Virus record (IMG/VR): IMGVR_UViG_3300033177_000258
Strand: one strand, 5' to 3'
DNA from: a virus
Lineage: Duplodnaviria; Caudoviricetes
DNA: 64,000 bases
This document shows positions 28,677 through 38,632 of this stretch, one piece after another. The notes under the pieces are model-generated. The model was not told the origin of the DNA, ran no database searches, and saw only the letters and a list, made by a program, of their open reading frames with translations. The position numbers were made by a program, and so were the translations under genes. Numbering within the stretch: position 1 is the first letter of the stretch; each line of letters opens with the position of its first letter.

Positions 28677-29801
28677 GTGCGTACTGACATCTTAATCCCC
28701 TGCGCCGCATACCACCGCGAGCGCTTCCTCAAGGCTGTGCCCCTGTGGAACGAAGTCGCTCAGAGCAAGCTGGTGGGGCGCATCCTCGTCGTCTGCCAGG
28801 GCTGGTACCCCGTGGAAGACCAGCTCGGCAAAGTGGACGCCCTCATTGACGTTCCATCTGACAAGTGGCAGCCCAGCGTTGCCCGCAACGCCGGCCTCTC
28901 TGCACTCGAATCCGAGCTGGTGCTGTATTGTGACGCGGATGTGGTCATGCTCCCCGACACCGTGCGGGCGCACGTCTACGCACACAAGGGGTCCGAGGAG
29001 CCCAGGCTGACGGCCAACCTGCACAAAGACATCGCCACTGATGCCCCCCTGCCTTTTACTGTCGAGGAATTGGAAGCGTTGAACGTTCCCGACATGTGGC
29101 GCTCGATGCGCGTTGACTGGCGCGTGGCCATACTCGAAGAGTGCCGCTGGCTGGAGTACCCGCCTTCAGTGCCTCTCTGGTCGCTTGGCGGGGGCAGTGG
29201 TATCTGCCTTCCCCGCGAGTGGGCCCAGGCGGTCGGTGGCTGGAACGAAGACTTCCAGGGGTGGGGCTACGAAGACGCCGAGTTCTGGTACCGCTGCCAG
29301 AAGAGCGGCCTCAAGTTCGAGTTCATCAAGCAGTACGCCTACCACCAGCAGCACGAGGTGGACATCCCGCGCCGCATCGCCGACTCGCAGGAAAACTCGC
29401 AGATGTTCACAATCGAGCGCGACAGTTGCAAGGTCACCTACATCGCTGATGCCGTGACGGATGACCTGGCCCAGCTTGTGCTCGACTCCGAGTACAATGC
29501 CGAAGTCATCGGCGCCTTCCCGCTCAACATGGCCAGCCCCATGGGCATCCGCTCCGTCCCGGCCGCTGCCGACCAGCCGGCCGAAGCGTTCCGCGCCTTC
29601 GCGCGCGGTTGGTACCTGTGCGATATGCGGGGCGACCGGCCCGAGCCGTCCAGTTCCGACTGGCACAGTCTCACCCACTGCGGTAGTCACACCGTCCAGC
29701 TAGGCGGGTTGGACTACATCCCCAAGTCTTCAACCGGGTTCGTGCAGCACCGGGTATCTGGAGGAGCTCATAATGTCGAGACAAGTAGCGGTCCTTACTG
29801 A
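28677..29801 (+). CDS. Glycosyltransferase family 2 (GT7C-like C-terminus)
   Basis: ARNAGL, CDADV, GGWNEDFQGWGYED. Confidence 0.88.
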   Translation: MRTDILIPCAAYHRERFLKAVPLWNEVAQSKLVGRILVVCQGWYPVEDQLGKVDALIDVPSDKWQPSVARNAGLSALESELVLYCDADVVMLPDTVRAHVYAHKGSEEPRLTANLHKDIATDAPLPFTVEELEALNVPDMWRSMRVDWRVAILEECRWLEYPPSVPLWSLGGGSGICLPREWAQAVGGWNEDFQGWGYEDAEFWYRCQKSGLKFEFIKQYAYHQQHEVDIPRRIADSQENSQMFTIERDSCKVTYIADAVTDDLAQLVLDSEYNAEVIGAFPLNMASPMGIRSVPAAADQPAEAFRAFARGWYLCDMRGDRPEPSSSDWHSLTHCGSHTVQLGGLDYIPKSSTGFVQHRVSGGAHNVETSSGPY

Positions 29802-29810
29802 CGCTGCCAC

Positions 29811-30998
29811 CTAAGCGGCTTCTTGCTTGCGCGAGCTATGTGCCGGGCGTCCACCGGAACTACCTGCAACCAAGGCCACAGGATACTTGTAGCGGATGAC
29901 GTTGGGCACGTCACAGCCTGGAGCAAGCTCGCCGCGCATACCGATGCAGCGGATGTTGGTAGAGCCTACCACGTCGCGTGGGGCGCCAAAACCGCATTGC
30001 TTGCAGCGGTAGGTCCGCTGGCACTTGTTCCTGGTTCCGCAAACGGGACACGTTTGGGAACTGTACGCCTCGTCTACGGTGATTGCTCCCGCAGTCTTGT
30101 AGTCGAGTTGCGTAATGAGCCTGCGGTTGCAGGCGGTTGAGACTTGTTGGGCAGTCTTTCGAGACATCTTCTGTGCTGCGTCATTGAACGGTTCGCCGAC
30201 GTAGCACTTTGCTCCGGGGAAAGTGTCAACGACCACCCGAGTGGCTTTGTGGGTGATGTCGTTGATGCGGTTCTCCGACTTCTTTAGCAGCTTGTGTTTG
30301 CGGCGCTGGAGCCGGCCGTACTGACGGGAACCCCGGTGGCAATTCGACAGCTTGCTGCGGAGAGTTGCGAGACGTTTGGCGCGCCACTGAACCGTCGCCT
30401 TGGCTTCCCGACCCGAGACGAGTACGGTTTTTTCTCCGTCTGTGGCAGCAAGGAGAGTATTGATGCCGAGGTCAACGCCGATGGTGGAGCCGGTCGGGAT
30501 GGCGGGCTCCTCGCATTGACAAACTAGGATGATTGCACCGTAGGCGAGTCTAGCTTCCATGAGTCGGCCGGGCAGTTCGAATGGGAGACGGACAAATAGG
30601 TAACCAGAATCCCCGTGAGGGAGACGGACACTTCCATTTCTGACCACGGCACCCTGATTGGTGTAGGGGATGTCTCTGAACTCTGGTTTGTGATTGGGGT
30701 AGGATGACCCCAGGCCTCCCCTTCTTTTTGCTGTTGTGGACTTCAGGGCTTCGCAGAACTCGCGGATGATTTCCTGTACTGACTGGCTGTGGAGATTGGG
30801 GTAACGCCCCTTTGCCCACCTTCTCCAGCGCGCCTCAGAAGGCCACTTTAGTTGGCGACGACGGATACGCAGATGGCGCTCCACCAAGTCAGACCATAGG
30901 CGGCCGGAATCGCTTCGGGCAGCCGTAAAGATAGTCCACTCAGAACGAGAGTGCGGGAGCCAGTCGAGTTTTACAGACCTGTAAACTATGGGCATCAC
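29811..30998 (-). CDS. tnpB: TnpB, cassette E3 (second family)
   Basis: GVDLG, YVGEP, RDVVGSTNI, CPVC/CKQC; omega end ...GCAGCGTCA at about 29799. Confidence 0.9.
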   Translation of the reverse strand: MMPIVYRSVKLDWLPHSRSEWTIFTAARSDSGRLWSDLVERHLRIRRRQLKWPSEARWRRWAKGRYPNLHSQSVQEIIREFCEALKSTTAKRRGGLGSSYPNHKPEFRDIPYTNQGAVVRNGSVRLPHGDSGYLFVRLPFELPGRLMEARLAYGAIILVCQCEEPAIPTGSTIGVDLGINTLLAATDGEKTVLVSGREAKATVQWRAKRLATLRSKLSNCHRGSRQYGRLQRRKHKLLKKSENRINDITHKATRVVVDTFPGAKCYVGEPFNDAAQKMSRKTAQQVSTACNRRLITQLDYKTAGAITVDEAYSSQTCPVCGTRNKCQRTYRCKQCGFGAPRDVVGSTNIRCIGMRGELAPGCDVPNVIRYKYPVALVAGSSGGRPAHSSRKQEAA

Positions 30999-31030
30999 TG
31001 GAAGTATTTCGTGCTACAGGGAGTAGCGAC

Positions 31031-32080
31031 ATGAGACAGGCAGCCGTATTGACCAGCGTACCCATCCATCTGCTCGGGGAGGGGCAGCGTATCCCGCAGA
31101 TGCTGGGGCGCCTAAGCGAGCTGCCCGGCGTCGAGACGCACGTTGTGGAGACGCACATCTACGTGCCCGGCGCCGGCGCCGTCTACACCGGGGAGAAGGT
31201 CAAGGAGGCTCTCGACACCATCTTGCGTCAGGGCCCCACGGTCATCATCATCGCCCAGCCAGTGGCAGCGGCGCTACCCGCATTGTTGGAAGCGCAGAAG
31301 CGCGGGGCTAAACTGGTGTACGACCGCTTCGAGAGCTGGAAGGACTTCCCCGGCAACGAGACCTGGTACCGCCCCCAGCAAGAGACCGCCATCATTGTGG
31401 CCAGCGATGGCCTGGTCTCGACCTACCGCGACTCGCTCTTCGATTCCTATGACCGCCCCAAGCTGCTGCTGCCGAACGCCGCCAGCGACGCGCCACTGTG
31501 GCCCCAGACACAACTCAAGGGCTCGCGCGGCCGCAGTGTGGCTCTGGCCAGCTCGGCCGTGTACGTGGGGAGCATGGACCCCCGCTACATAGACATGGAC
31601 GCCATGCGCCATGTGGGAGAGGCGCGCCCGAGCGCCTTCTACGGCAAGCCTCCGGGCCAGCGCATCATGGAGGACGGGATGTCGCCGGTGCAGTACGGCG
31701 CCTCGGGCTGGCTGGTGGGTTGGGTGAACCATGTCAACCTGAGCTTCGCGCTCGCCTCCGGCGACGGCAAGTACAATGACCGGCGCAAGGTGGGTTTGCT
31801 CCCGTTCCTCGACATCCCGTTGACCGAGAAGGTCTCCCCCATCAAGTGGTGGGAGTACCTGCTGGCCGGCGTTCGCCCGGTCACCATGCACCTGAGCCAG
31901 GTCGCGGAAATGCCCTTCGGCGTCTACACCGACGACATCAACGCGTTCCTGTACGCGGCCATCACCGCTGCCCCGTTCTCCGATGAGGAAGCTCGCGAGG
32001 CTTCCAACTGGGTGCGCGAACACCACATGTGGGCGCACCGCGCCAAGGTTCTCAACGCCTGGATGGAGGGCTTGCTCTGA
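31031..32080 (+). CDS. GT-B (GT4-like) glycosyltransferase
   Basis: KLVYD, LLPNA, YVGSM, GLLPF...SPIK.WEYL.AG, H.W.HR. Confidence 0.75.
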   Translation: MRQAAVLTSVPIHLLGEGQRIPQMLGRLSELPGVETHVVETHIYVPGAGAVYTGEKVKEALDTILRQGPTVIIIAQPVAAALPALLEAQKRGAKLVYDRFESWKDFPGNETWYRPQQETAIIVASDGLVSTYRDSLFDSYDRPKLLLPNAASDAPLWPQTQLKGSRGRSVALASSAVYVGSMDPRYIDMDAMRHVGEARPSAFYGKPPGQRIMEDGMSPVQYGASGWLVGWVNHVNLSFALASGDGKYNDRRKVGLLPFLDIPLTEKVSPIKWWEYLLAGVRPVTMHLSQVAEMPFGVYTDDINAFLYAAITAAPFSDEEAREASNWVREHHMWAHRAKVLNAWMEGLL

Positions 32081-32922
32081 TGGTACCCGGCCGCCTCGTC
32101 ATCTTGGTGCCCATAGCGGAGCACAAGACCTACGCGCTCCCTTCGCTTCTCGATTCCATCCTGAAGCTCACCCTGCCGCACGACCACTGCTTCTTCTTCC
32201 ATGTGAACAGGTCCAAGCCGGCCTTCGCTGAGCATCTACGGTTGGAGCTCCTGCGCCGGGACATCCCCTTCGCCATGGTGTTCAACGACAAGGACTACGC
32301 GTCGGAGACTACCCTGCTGCGGGAACGGAACGGCAACGTCCTGGACGACCCTGGGGCCATAGCTGCTCTGTTGGCTATCGCGGAGGCGCGTGAAGCTCTC
32401 CTGCGCGGTGCTCTCATGGTCAAGCCCGAGCGCATCTTCTGGTTGGACGCCGACATGGTGCCTCCCCCCGATACGGTATCCCGCCTGATGGCCCACAACA
32501 AGGATGTGGTGTCGGCGAAGTGCTTCATGCGCCGGGCCGACATCCCCACCGTTTGTGCTTGGCGGTACGACCCCGCACTGTTGTTGGCCGGCCGCAACCA
32601 GGGGCGGGGCCCCATCAACCTGACACTTGAAGAACTGGGTGGCAAGCCCGGTGTAACTTGGCTGCGCGGCAAAACCGACTTGCTGCAACTGACCCAGCGC
32701 TTCATTCCTGAAGACAGCACCGGCCTTCAGGAGGTTGATGGCGTCGGGTTGGCGGCAACGCTCTGGAGTGCAGAAGCAGCCAAGAAGGTCATTTTCCACT
32801 TGCAGAATCTCACGAGTGATGATATGCTGGCTTCATCGCTTCTGCAAGAAGCCGGTTTCCCCATCTTCGTTGATATGGACCTCCACGTGTTGCACATGGA
32901 TTCTGCGCGCGGGGCGGTGTAG
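32080..32922 (+). CDS. GT-A (GT2-like) glycosyltransferase
   Basis: LDADM DxD motif, EVDGVGLA, DD, H.LH. Confidence 0.7.
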   Translation: MVPGRLVILVPIAEHKTYALPSLLDSILKLTLPHDHCFFFHVNRSKPAFAEHLRLELLRRDIPFAMVFNDKDYASETTLLRERNGNVLDDPGAIAALLAIAEAREALLRGALMVKPERIFWLDADMVPPPDTVSRLMAHNKDVVSAKCFMRRADIPTVCAWRYDPALLLAGRNQGRGPINLTLEELGGKPGVTWLRGKTDLLQLTQRFIPEDSTGLQEVDGVGLAATLWSAEAAKKVIFHLQNLTSDDMLASSLLQEAGFPIFVDMDLHVLHMDSARGAV

Positions 32923-32977
32923 ATGGGCATAACCTTTTTTCGTCAATGTATGTCACAGCATGGAATACTTCATGGTG

Positions 32978-34126
32978 ATGAAGACTACACTCAAGCTGAA
33001 GCTGCTCACAAGCCCGGACCAGCACCAGGCCCTACTCACTACTCTGGAGGTCTTCAATGCCGCCTGTAACTACCTGGCAGAAGTGGCATTCGACAACCAT
33101 ACCGCGAACAAGCTGAAGCTGCAGAAGCTGGCCTACCATGAGACCCGAGAGCGCTTCATGCTCCCGGCCCAACTGGCCGTTCGCGCAATCGCTAAGGTTT
33201 GCGAAGCCTACAAGCGGGACAAGTCAACCCGACCAACCTTCCGGCCGCATGGGGCAGCCATCTACGACCAGCGGGTCCTCTCGTTCAAGGGTCTGGACAC
33301 CGTGTCCATACTCTCCCTCTCCGGCCGGCTCAAGATTCCAATCGTAGTCCACGGTTACGCCCACGACCGAATCACAGCCTACGGCATGCGCGGCCAGGCC
33401 GACCTGCTCTACCAGCGCGGCACGTTCTACCTGTGTGTCGTGGTTGAGCTTCCCGAACCTCCTCCTGGTGAGACTAAGGACTGGCTCGGCGTAGACCTCG
33501 GCATGGTCAACATAGCCACCGACAGCGACGGAGAGAACTTCAGTGGTGCCGAGGTCAACGGCCTCCGTGCCCGGCACAATGCCCTTCGGTCCAAACTCCA
33601 GGGCAAGGGCACGAAGAGCGCCCGTCGTCGTCTCCGTCAACAGAGCGGACGGGAAAACCGCTTCGCCCGAGACGTAAATCACAGAATCTCCAAGAAGCTA
33701 GTCGCGAAAGCCAAAGGCACCGAGCGTGGCATTTCCGTAGAAGACCTGACGGGAATCCGCGAGCGGGTAACGGTTCGCAAGGCACAGCGTCGCGCGCTAC
33801 ATTCTTGGGGCTTCTACCAGTTGGCCTCGTTTGTCGAGTACAAGGCTGCTTTGGCTGGTGTGCCGTTTGTCAAAGTAGACCCCAGGAATACCAGTCGAAC
33901 ATGTCCTTGGTGCGGTCATGTCGCGAAGGCGAACCGTCCTACTCGCGACCAATTCCTCTGTGTGTCGTGCGGTCTCGCTGGGCCGGCCGACCACTTCGCT
34001 GCGGTCGAAATCGGCCGCAGGGCTGCAGTCAATCAGCCGAACGCGGCAGCAGTCATATCGCTAGCTGCGAGCCCTAAGGATTGCAACAGGGTAGTTGACA
34101 AAACCAGCCAAAAACCTTCTGGGTGA
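32978..34126 (+). CDS. tnpB: TnpB, cassette E4 (full length)
   Basis: N-terminal HTH region, GVDLG, SVEDL, ADHF, zinc finger; omega end GTAGTTGAC at 34091-34099. Confidence 0.93.
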   Translation: MKTTLKLKLLTSPDQHQALLTTLEVFNAACNYLAEVAFDNHTANKLKLQKLAYHETRERFMLPAQLAVRAIAKVCEAYKRDKSTRPTFRPHGAAIYDQRVLSFKGLDTVSILSLSGRLKIPIVVHGYAHDRITAYGMRGQADLLYQRGTFYLCVVVELPEPPPGETKDWLGVDLGMVNIATDSDGENFSGAEVNGLRARHNALRSKLQGKGTKSARRRLRQQSGRENRFARDVNHRISKKLVAKAKGTERGISVEDLTGIRERVTVRKAQRRALHSWGFYQLASFVEYKAALAGVPFVKVDPRNTSRTCPWCGHVAKANRPTRDQFLCVSCGLAGPADHFAAVEIGRRAAVNQPNAAAVISLAASPKDCNRVVDKTSQKPSG

Positions 34127-34134
34127 GAACGGTC

Positions 34135-37100
34135 ATGAGTAGTTCGCCGAATCACGGGTTTGTGAACCTGCACGTCCATTCCGAGTACAGCGCGATGGAC
34201 GGCGTAAGTACGTGCAAAGAGTTGGTGAAGCGCGTCGGGGTGCTCGGGCAGACGGCCCTGGCTCTCACGGACCATGACGGTCTGTACGGCGCGGTTGACA
34301 TCTGCGAGAGCGCCTTGGCGAAGGATGTCAAGCCCATCGTTGGTTGCGAACTGCGGTTCGTGCCCGACATCTCCGAGAAGGTGCGGGGCTGGCACATCAC
34401 TGCTCTGGCGCTGACGGAGCAGGGGTACCGCAACCTCTGCGACTTGGTGACGGAAAGCTACCGCCCCAAGAACTTCTTCTACAGCCCCCGCATCCCTCTG
34501 CAGTCGCTTCTGGAACGACAGGAGGGTTTGGCGCTGCTCTCTGGCTGCTGGTTCGGGTACCCGGCCCAGACCTACGAGCAGACCGTCCACGGCGGCCGCG
34601 ACCGGATGGCTCAATTCCAGGAAATCACCAGCGCTCTGCAGTCGGCCTACGGCGAGCGCTTCCTCTTCGAGCTCTTCACTGGCGACTACGCCCATTCTCG
34701 CGAGGCCATCACGTTCCTGCTCGACGCCTCGGCCAAGTGGGGCATCAAGACTGTTGCGACCAACGACTCCCACTTCGCCGCCCCCGAGGACTGGCGCAAG
34801 GCGGAGTTGATACGTCGCATCCGCATGAAGGGCAAGGACGAAGAGGGCAATGCCATGCCCCAGCACCAGTACCTCATGGGTGAGCAGGAAATGCGCACAC
34901 TGCTCCCAGAGGAAGCGGTGGACAACACGGTGATGGTGGCCGGCTGGGCGGAGTACGCCTTGGACCTGGCCATTGACCGAGAGGGCCACGTGCTGCTGGA
35001 CAAAGTGCTGCAGCGCCTGCCGAAGCTGCCTCTGGCTGAGGGACAGACGGAGTGGGGCGCATTCATTGAGGCCATCAAGCAGGGGTGGCAGAAGAGGATG
35101 GGCTACCTCACCGAGGAGCAGCGGCCCATCTACCACGAACGTCTACTGCGGGAAATCGAGGTCTTCAAAGAGACCGGCCTGGCCGGCTATATGCTCATTG
35201 TGGCCGCGATGACCGATTACTGCGCGGAAAACGGCATCCTGCGGGGCCCCGGCCGAGGCTCGGCGTCAGGGTCCCTGTGCTCCTTCCTGCTGGGTATCAC
35301 CGACCTTGACCCCATAGCCTCCGGCTTGTTCTTCGAGCGGTTCCTGGACGCCCGGCGCGCCAGCATGCCAGACATTGATGTGGACTACGACCCGGACGAC
35401 CGGGAGCGTGTGTTCGCCTATCTGCAGCGGACGTATGGTGTTGACCACGTGGCGCGCATCCTGACCTTCCAGCGGTTGGTGGGTAGCAGCGCGGTCAAAG
35501 ACGTGGGCTCCATGATGGGGGTCAGCTACGACGAGCTCAACAAGCTCACTTCGGCCATCGAGGACTTCGATGAACTGGATGTGAGCGAAGGCGCCCCGCC
35601 CTCCGACAAGAACAAGGAGGCGCTCGGGGTCATCGCTCAGAACCCGGACCTCGCAGCGGTGGTGCAGCAGGCCAAGCTGATTTCTGCCGACGAGAAGACC
35701 AAGACCAAAGGGGTCATCCGTCAGGTAGGTGCCCATGCGGCCGGCGTGGTTATCGCCCCCGGCCCGGTGCGCTACCTCTCTCCCACCCAGCTCACCAAGC
35801 GCGATAGCAACCTGGAAGTCTTCCAGTGGGACATGGGCGCAGTAGACAAGATGGGTCTGCTGAAGATTGACGTTCTCAACGTCAGGACCCTCGGCATGGC
35901 GCGCGACATCATCAGCCTGGTCAAGAAGCGGCATGGGGTGGAGCTCGACTGGTACTCTATCCCAGTCGAAGACCCCGCCGCCTACGAAATGGCCGGGCGC
36001 GGTCGCACTACCGCCATCTTCCAGCTTGAGAAGCGCACGGCCCAGGAGCCACTGAAGAAGATTAAGCCCAACTCGCTGTTGGACTTGGCTGTCGTTCTGG
36101 CGCTCAACCGTCCGGGCCCCATGGAGTACATGGAAGAGTACGCCATCTGCAAGAACGACCCGTCGCAGATAACCTACGACCTGCGCGAATGGGAGTCGGT
36201 GCTGGCCGAGACTTACGGCATCATGGTCTACCAGGAGCAGGTCATCCAAGCCCTGCAGGCGCTGGGATTCGACTTCACCGAAGCCGACGACTTCCGCCGA
36301 GGGATGGCCAAGAAGAAGCAGGACCTCATCGAGGCGGCCAAACTCAGGGTCGTGCCCAAGATAATCGAGCGTGGGTACTCCGAAGCTCACGCTGAAGCCG
36401 TCTGGGCGAAGATAGCCAAGTTCGGCGGCTACGCGTTCAACAAAGCGCATGCTGTGGCGTATGGCGCGATTTCCGCCCGCATGCTGTACCTGAAGACCCA
36501 CTACCCTGCGGAGTACATGGCAGCCGCTCTGACCTCCCAGGACAAAGAGGAGTTCTTCACCAGATACATCGAGGAAGTCTCGCGCCTGGGTCTGCGCTTG
36601 CTGCCTCCCGACATCAACGAGGCCAGCGAGAGCTTCACTCCAAGCGACGGCGCTGTGCGGTTCGGTTTCTCTCAGATTTCCCACATCGGCGCCGTCGCCA
36701 AGGCCATAGTGGCGGCCCGCCTGGTCCGCCCCCGAGGATGGCGCGGGCCCGAGCCGGAGAACGGGGTGTACCCGTACCAAGACCCACTAGACTTCTGCCG
36801 GCGCCTGAAAGACCACGGCATGAACCGGCGCCAGTTGGATGCTCTGGTCTGGGCTGGGGCGTTCGACGCCTTCTGCCCTTCGCGGGCTTTCCTGGCCGAC
36901 AAGGTTGACCAACTCATGGGCATGGCGAAAGCCGGCCGCACCTCAGTGGAGGCTTTGGTGACGTGGGAGTCTCTGTTGGCGGACGCGGAACTGCGCCCCG
37001 ATGACGAGGACCTGCTGGCCGACAAGGAGCAGGAGTTGTTGCGCTGCTCGCCGCGTCGCATGGCGCAGGACATCAGTTTGCGTGAGCGCATAGGAAAGGG

Positions 37101-37386
37101 TACCGCGCCCCTGTCCCAGCTCGAACCGCAAGCCAAGGGCGTCAAAGTCTGCGGGCGCATCCTCGAAATCGGTAAGCGCTCTGGCAGGAAGAACGACTAT
37201 GCCTACCTGCAGTTGAACGACGGGACGGCCATCATGCGATGCCTGGCGTTCAAAGAAGAAGTCATCCAGCAGCTATCGGACGAAATAGGTCCTCAGGCAG
37301 CAGTGGTGCTACAGGGAGACGTGAGTGATGACGGGACGGCGTTCTTCATTCGCAAAATAGTGCAGTCTGACGCCGGCGCAAGTTAG
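34135..37386 (+). CDS. dnaE: DNA polymerase III alpha subunit
   Basis: PHP HVHSEYS/TDH/TNDSH, GRGSASGS, MPDIDVD, GLLKID, YAFNKAHA, OB fold. Confidence 0.96.
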   Translation: MSSSPNHGFVNLHVHSEYSAMDGVSTCKELVKRVGVLGQTALALTDHDGLYGAVDICESALAKDVKPIVGCELRFVPDISEKVRGWHITALALTEQGYRNLCDLVTESYRPKNFFYSPRIPLQSLLERQEGLALLSGCWFGYPAQTYEQTVHGGRDRMAQFQEITSALQSAYGERFLFELFTGDYAHSREAITFLLDASAKWGIKTVATNDSHFAAPEDWRKAELIRRIRMKGKDEEGNAMPQHQYLMGEQEMRTLLPEEAVDNTVMVAGWAEYALDLAIDREGHVLLDKVLQRLPKLPLAEGQTEWGAFIEAIKQGWQKRMGYLTEEQRPIYHERLLREIEVFKETGLAGYMLIVAAMTDYCAENGILRGPGRGSASGSLCSFLLGITDLDPIASGLFFERFLDARRASMPDIDVDYDPDDRERVFAYLQRTYGVDHVARILTFQRLVGSSAVKDVGSMMGVSYDELNKLTSAIEDFDELDVSEGAPPSDKNKEALGVIAQNPDLAAVVQQAKLISADEKTKTKGVIRQVGAHAAGVVIAPGPVRYLSPTQLTKRDSNLEVFQWDMGAVDKMGLLKIDVLNVRTLGMARDIISLVKKRHGVELDWYSIPVEDPAAYEMAGRGRTTAIFQLEKRTAQEPLKKIKPNSLLDLAVVLALNRPGPMEYMEEYAICKNDPSQITYDLREWESVLAETYGIMVYQEQVIQALQALGFDFTEADDFRRGMAKKKQDLIEAAKLRVVPKIIERGYSEAHAEAVWAKIAKFGGYAFNKAHAVAYGAISARMLYLKTHYPAEYMAAALTSQDKEEFFTRYIEEVSRLGLRLLPPDINEASESFTPSDGAVRFGFSQISHIGAVAKAIVAARLVRPRGWRGPEPENGVYPYQDPLDFCRRLKDHGMNRRQLDALVWAGAFDAFCPSRAFLADKVDQLMGMAKAGRTSVEALVTWESLLADAELRPDDEDLLADKEQELLRCSPRRMAQDISLRERIGKGTAPLSQLEPQAKGVKVCGRILEIGKRSGRKNDYAYLQLNDGTAIMRCLAFKEEVIQQLSDEIGPQAAVVLQGDVSDDGTAFFIRKIVQSDAGAS

Positions 37387-37445
37387 AGAAGCGCGGAATA
37401 CTTCTATGCGAGCAAGTAGAACATAGTCTCATATATGAACTTCCA

Positions 37446-38555
37446 ATGCAACGCACTCTCTACATCCAATTGGTAGTTTCCCCCGAACAAGGCAGAGCCA
37501 TCGGCGTCACGATGGCTCTGTATACGGCTTGCTTCAACGCGGCCACTCGGTTCGGTTGGGACAACCATACGGTAAATGGAGTGGAGCTACATAAGGGCAC
37601 CTATGCTACCCTTCGCGCCCAGTACCCCGAGCTTCCCTCCCAACTTGTCTGCTCTTCTCGCGTCAAAGCGACAGAGTCACTCAAGTCAGTCCGCGCCCGT
37701 CTCGCCAAGGGCAAGAAAGCATCCTGCCCGCTCTCCCGTCTTCAGTCGGTACGCTACGACGCCCGTTCCTACACCATTTCCCTCACCGAAGGCTGGGCCA
37801 CTCTCGCCACGGTCGCCGGCCGTCAGCGCGTCACATTCGACGCCGGCTTCACCAGGCTCCAGACCTGGAAGCCCACCTCGGCCGAACTCGTCTACCGTCG
37901 CAACCAGTTCTGGCTCCACGTCGTTGTAGAGTCCCCCGCCCCCGTCTACACCGCAACCGGCGAGGTTGTCGGTGTAGACTTGGGCATTGTCCGCCCGGCC
38001 GTCACCTCCGAAGCCCAGTTCTTCGGTGAGCGGCGCTGGCGCAACGTCGAACAGCGGTACTTCCGTCTTCGCAGAGCCTTGCAGGCAAAGGCCACTCGCT
38101 CCGCCCGTCGTAAGCTACGTAAGCTCTCGGGCAAGCAGGCTAGGTTTCGCCGCGACTGCGACCACGTACTGTCCCGCCGCCTTGTAGAGTCCGTTGACCC
38201 AGGAGCCGTACTCGTCTTCGAGAACCTGACTGGAATCCGTGACCGCGCTGACTTCGGCCGGCATGGCAACCGTCGTCTCCACGGGTGGAGCTTCGCCCAA
38301 CTGTTCGCGTTCACGGCCTACAAAGCCGAGGAAGGCGGCAAGACGACGGCGACGGTAGACCCGCGCGGGACGAGCCAGAAATGCTCGCGGTGCGGACACG
38401 TCGCGCGGGGCAACCGCGTCAGCCAGTCAGAGTTCCGGTGCCAGAAGTGCGGCTTTCGAATCAACGCTGACCTCAACGCGGGACGAAACGTGAAGGGGAA
38501 GTACCTGGTCCGAGAGGGCAGCGCCGTCTCGGGCGGGCCGCGTCAACCGGCCTAA
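37446..38555 (+). CDS. tnpB: TnpB, cassette E5 (third family, full length)
   Basis: GVDLG, VFENL, NADLNAGRNV, CSRC/CQKC; omega end GTAGTTGAA at 38595-38603. Confidence 0.93.
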   Translation: MQRTLYIQLVVSPEQGRAIGVTMALYTACFNAATRFGWDNHTVNGVELHKGTYATLRAQYPELPSQLVCSSRVKATESLKSVRARLAKGKKASCPLSRLQSVRYDARSYTISLTEGWATLATVAGRQRVTFDAGFTRLQTWKPTSAELVYRRNQFWLHVVVESPAPVYTATGEVVGVDLGIVRPAVTSEAQFFGERRWRNVEQRYFRLRRALQAKATRSARRKLRKLSGKQARFRRDCDHVLSRRLVESVDPGAVLVFENLTGIRDRADFGRHGNRRLHGWSFAQLFAFTAYKAEEGGKTTATVDPRGTSQKCSRCGHVARGNRVSQSEFRCQKCGFRINADLNAGRNVKGKYLVREGSAVSGGPRQPA

Positions 38556-38632
38556 TGCAGCGTGTTGTTTGCGGCTGCAAGCTACCTTTGGGTAGTAGTT
38601 GAATCGTAAGATTGTCACATTGAGGAGCTGGT

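Noticed and set aside
28669-28678. GTAAGATTGT shared with the E5 guide
   Set aside because: Offset by 2 nt from the nearby TCAT and only 10 bp; probably coincidence.
35266-36780. Long antisense ORFs (also 48128..50260, 46209..47522, 39490..40704, 14088..15104)
   Set aside because: Shadow frames of GC3-rich genes with clear motifs on the other strand.
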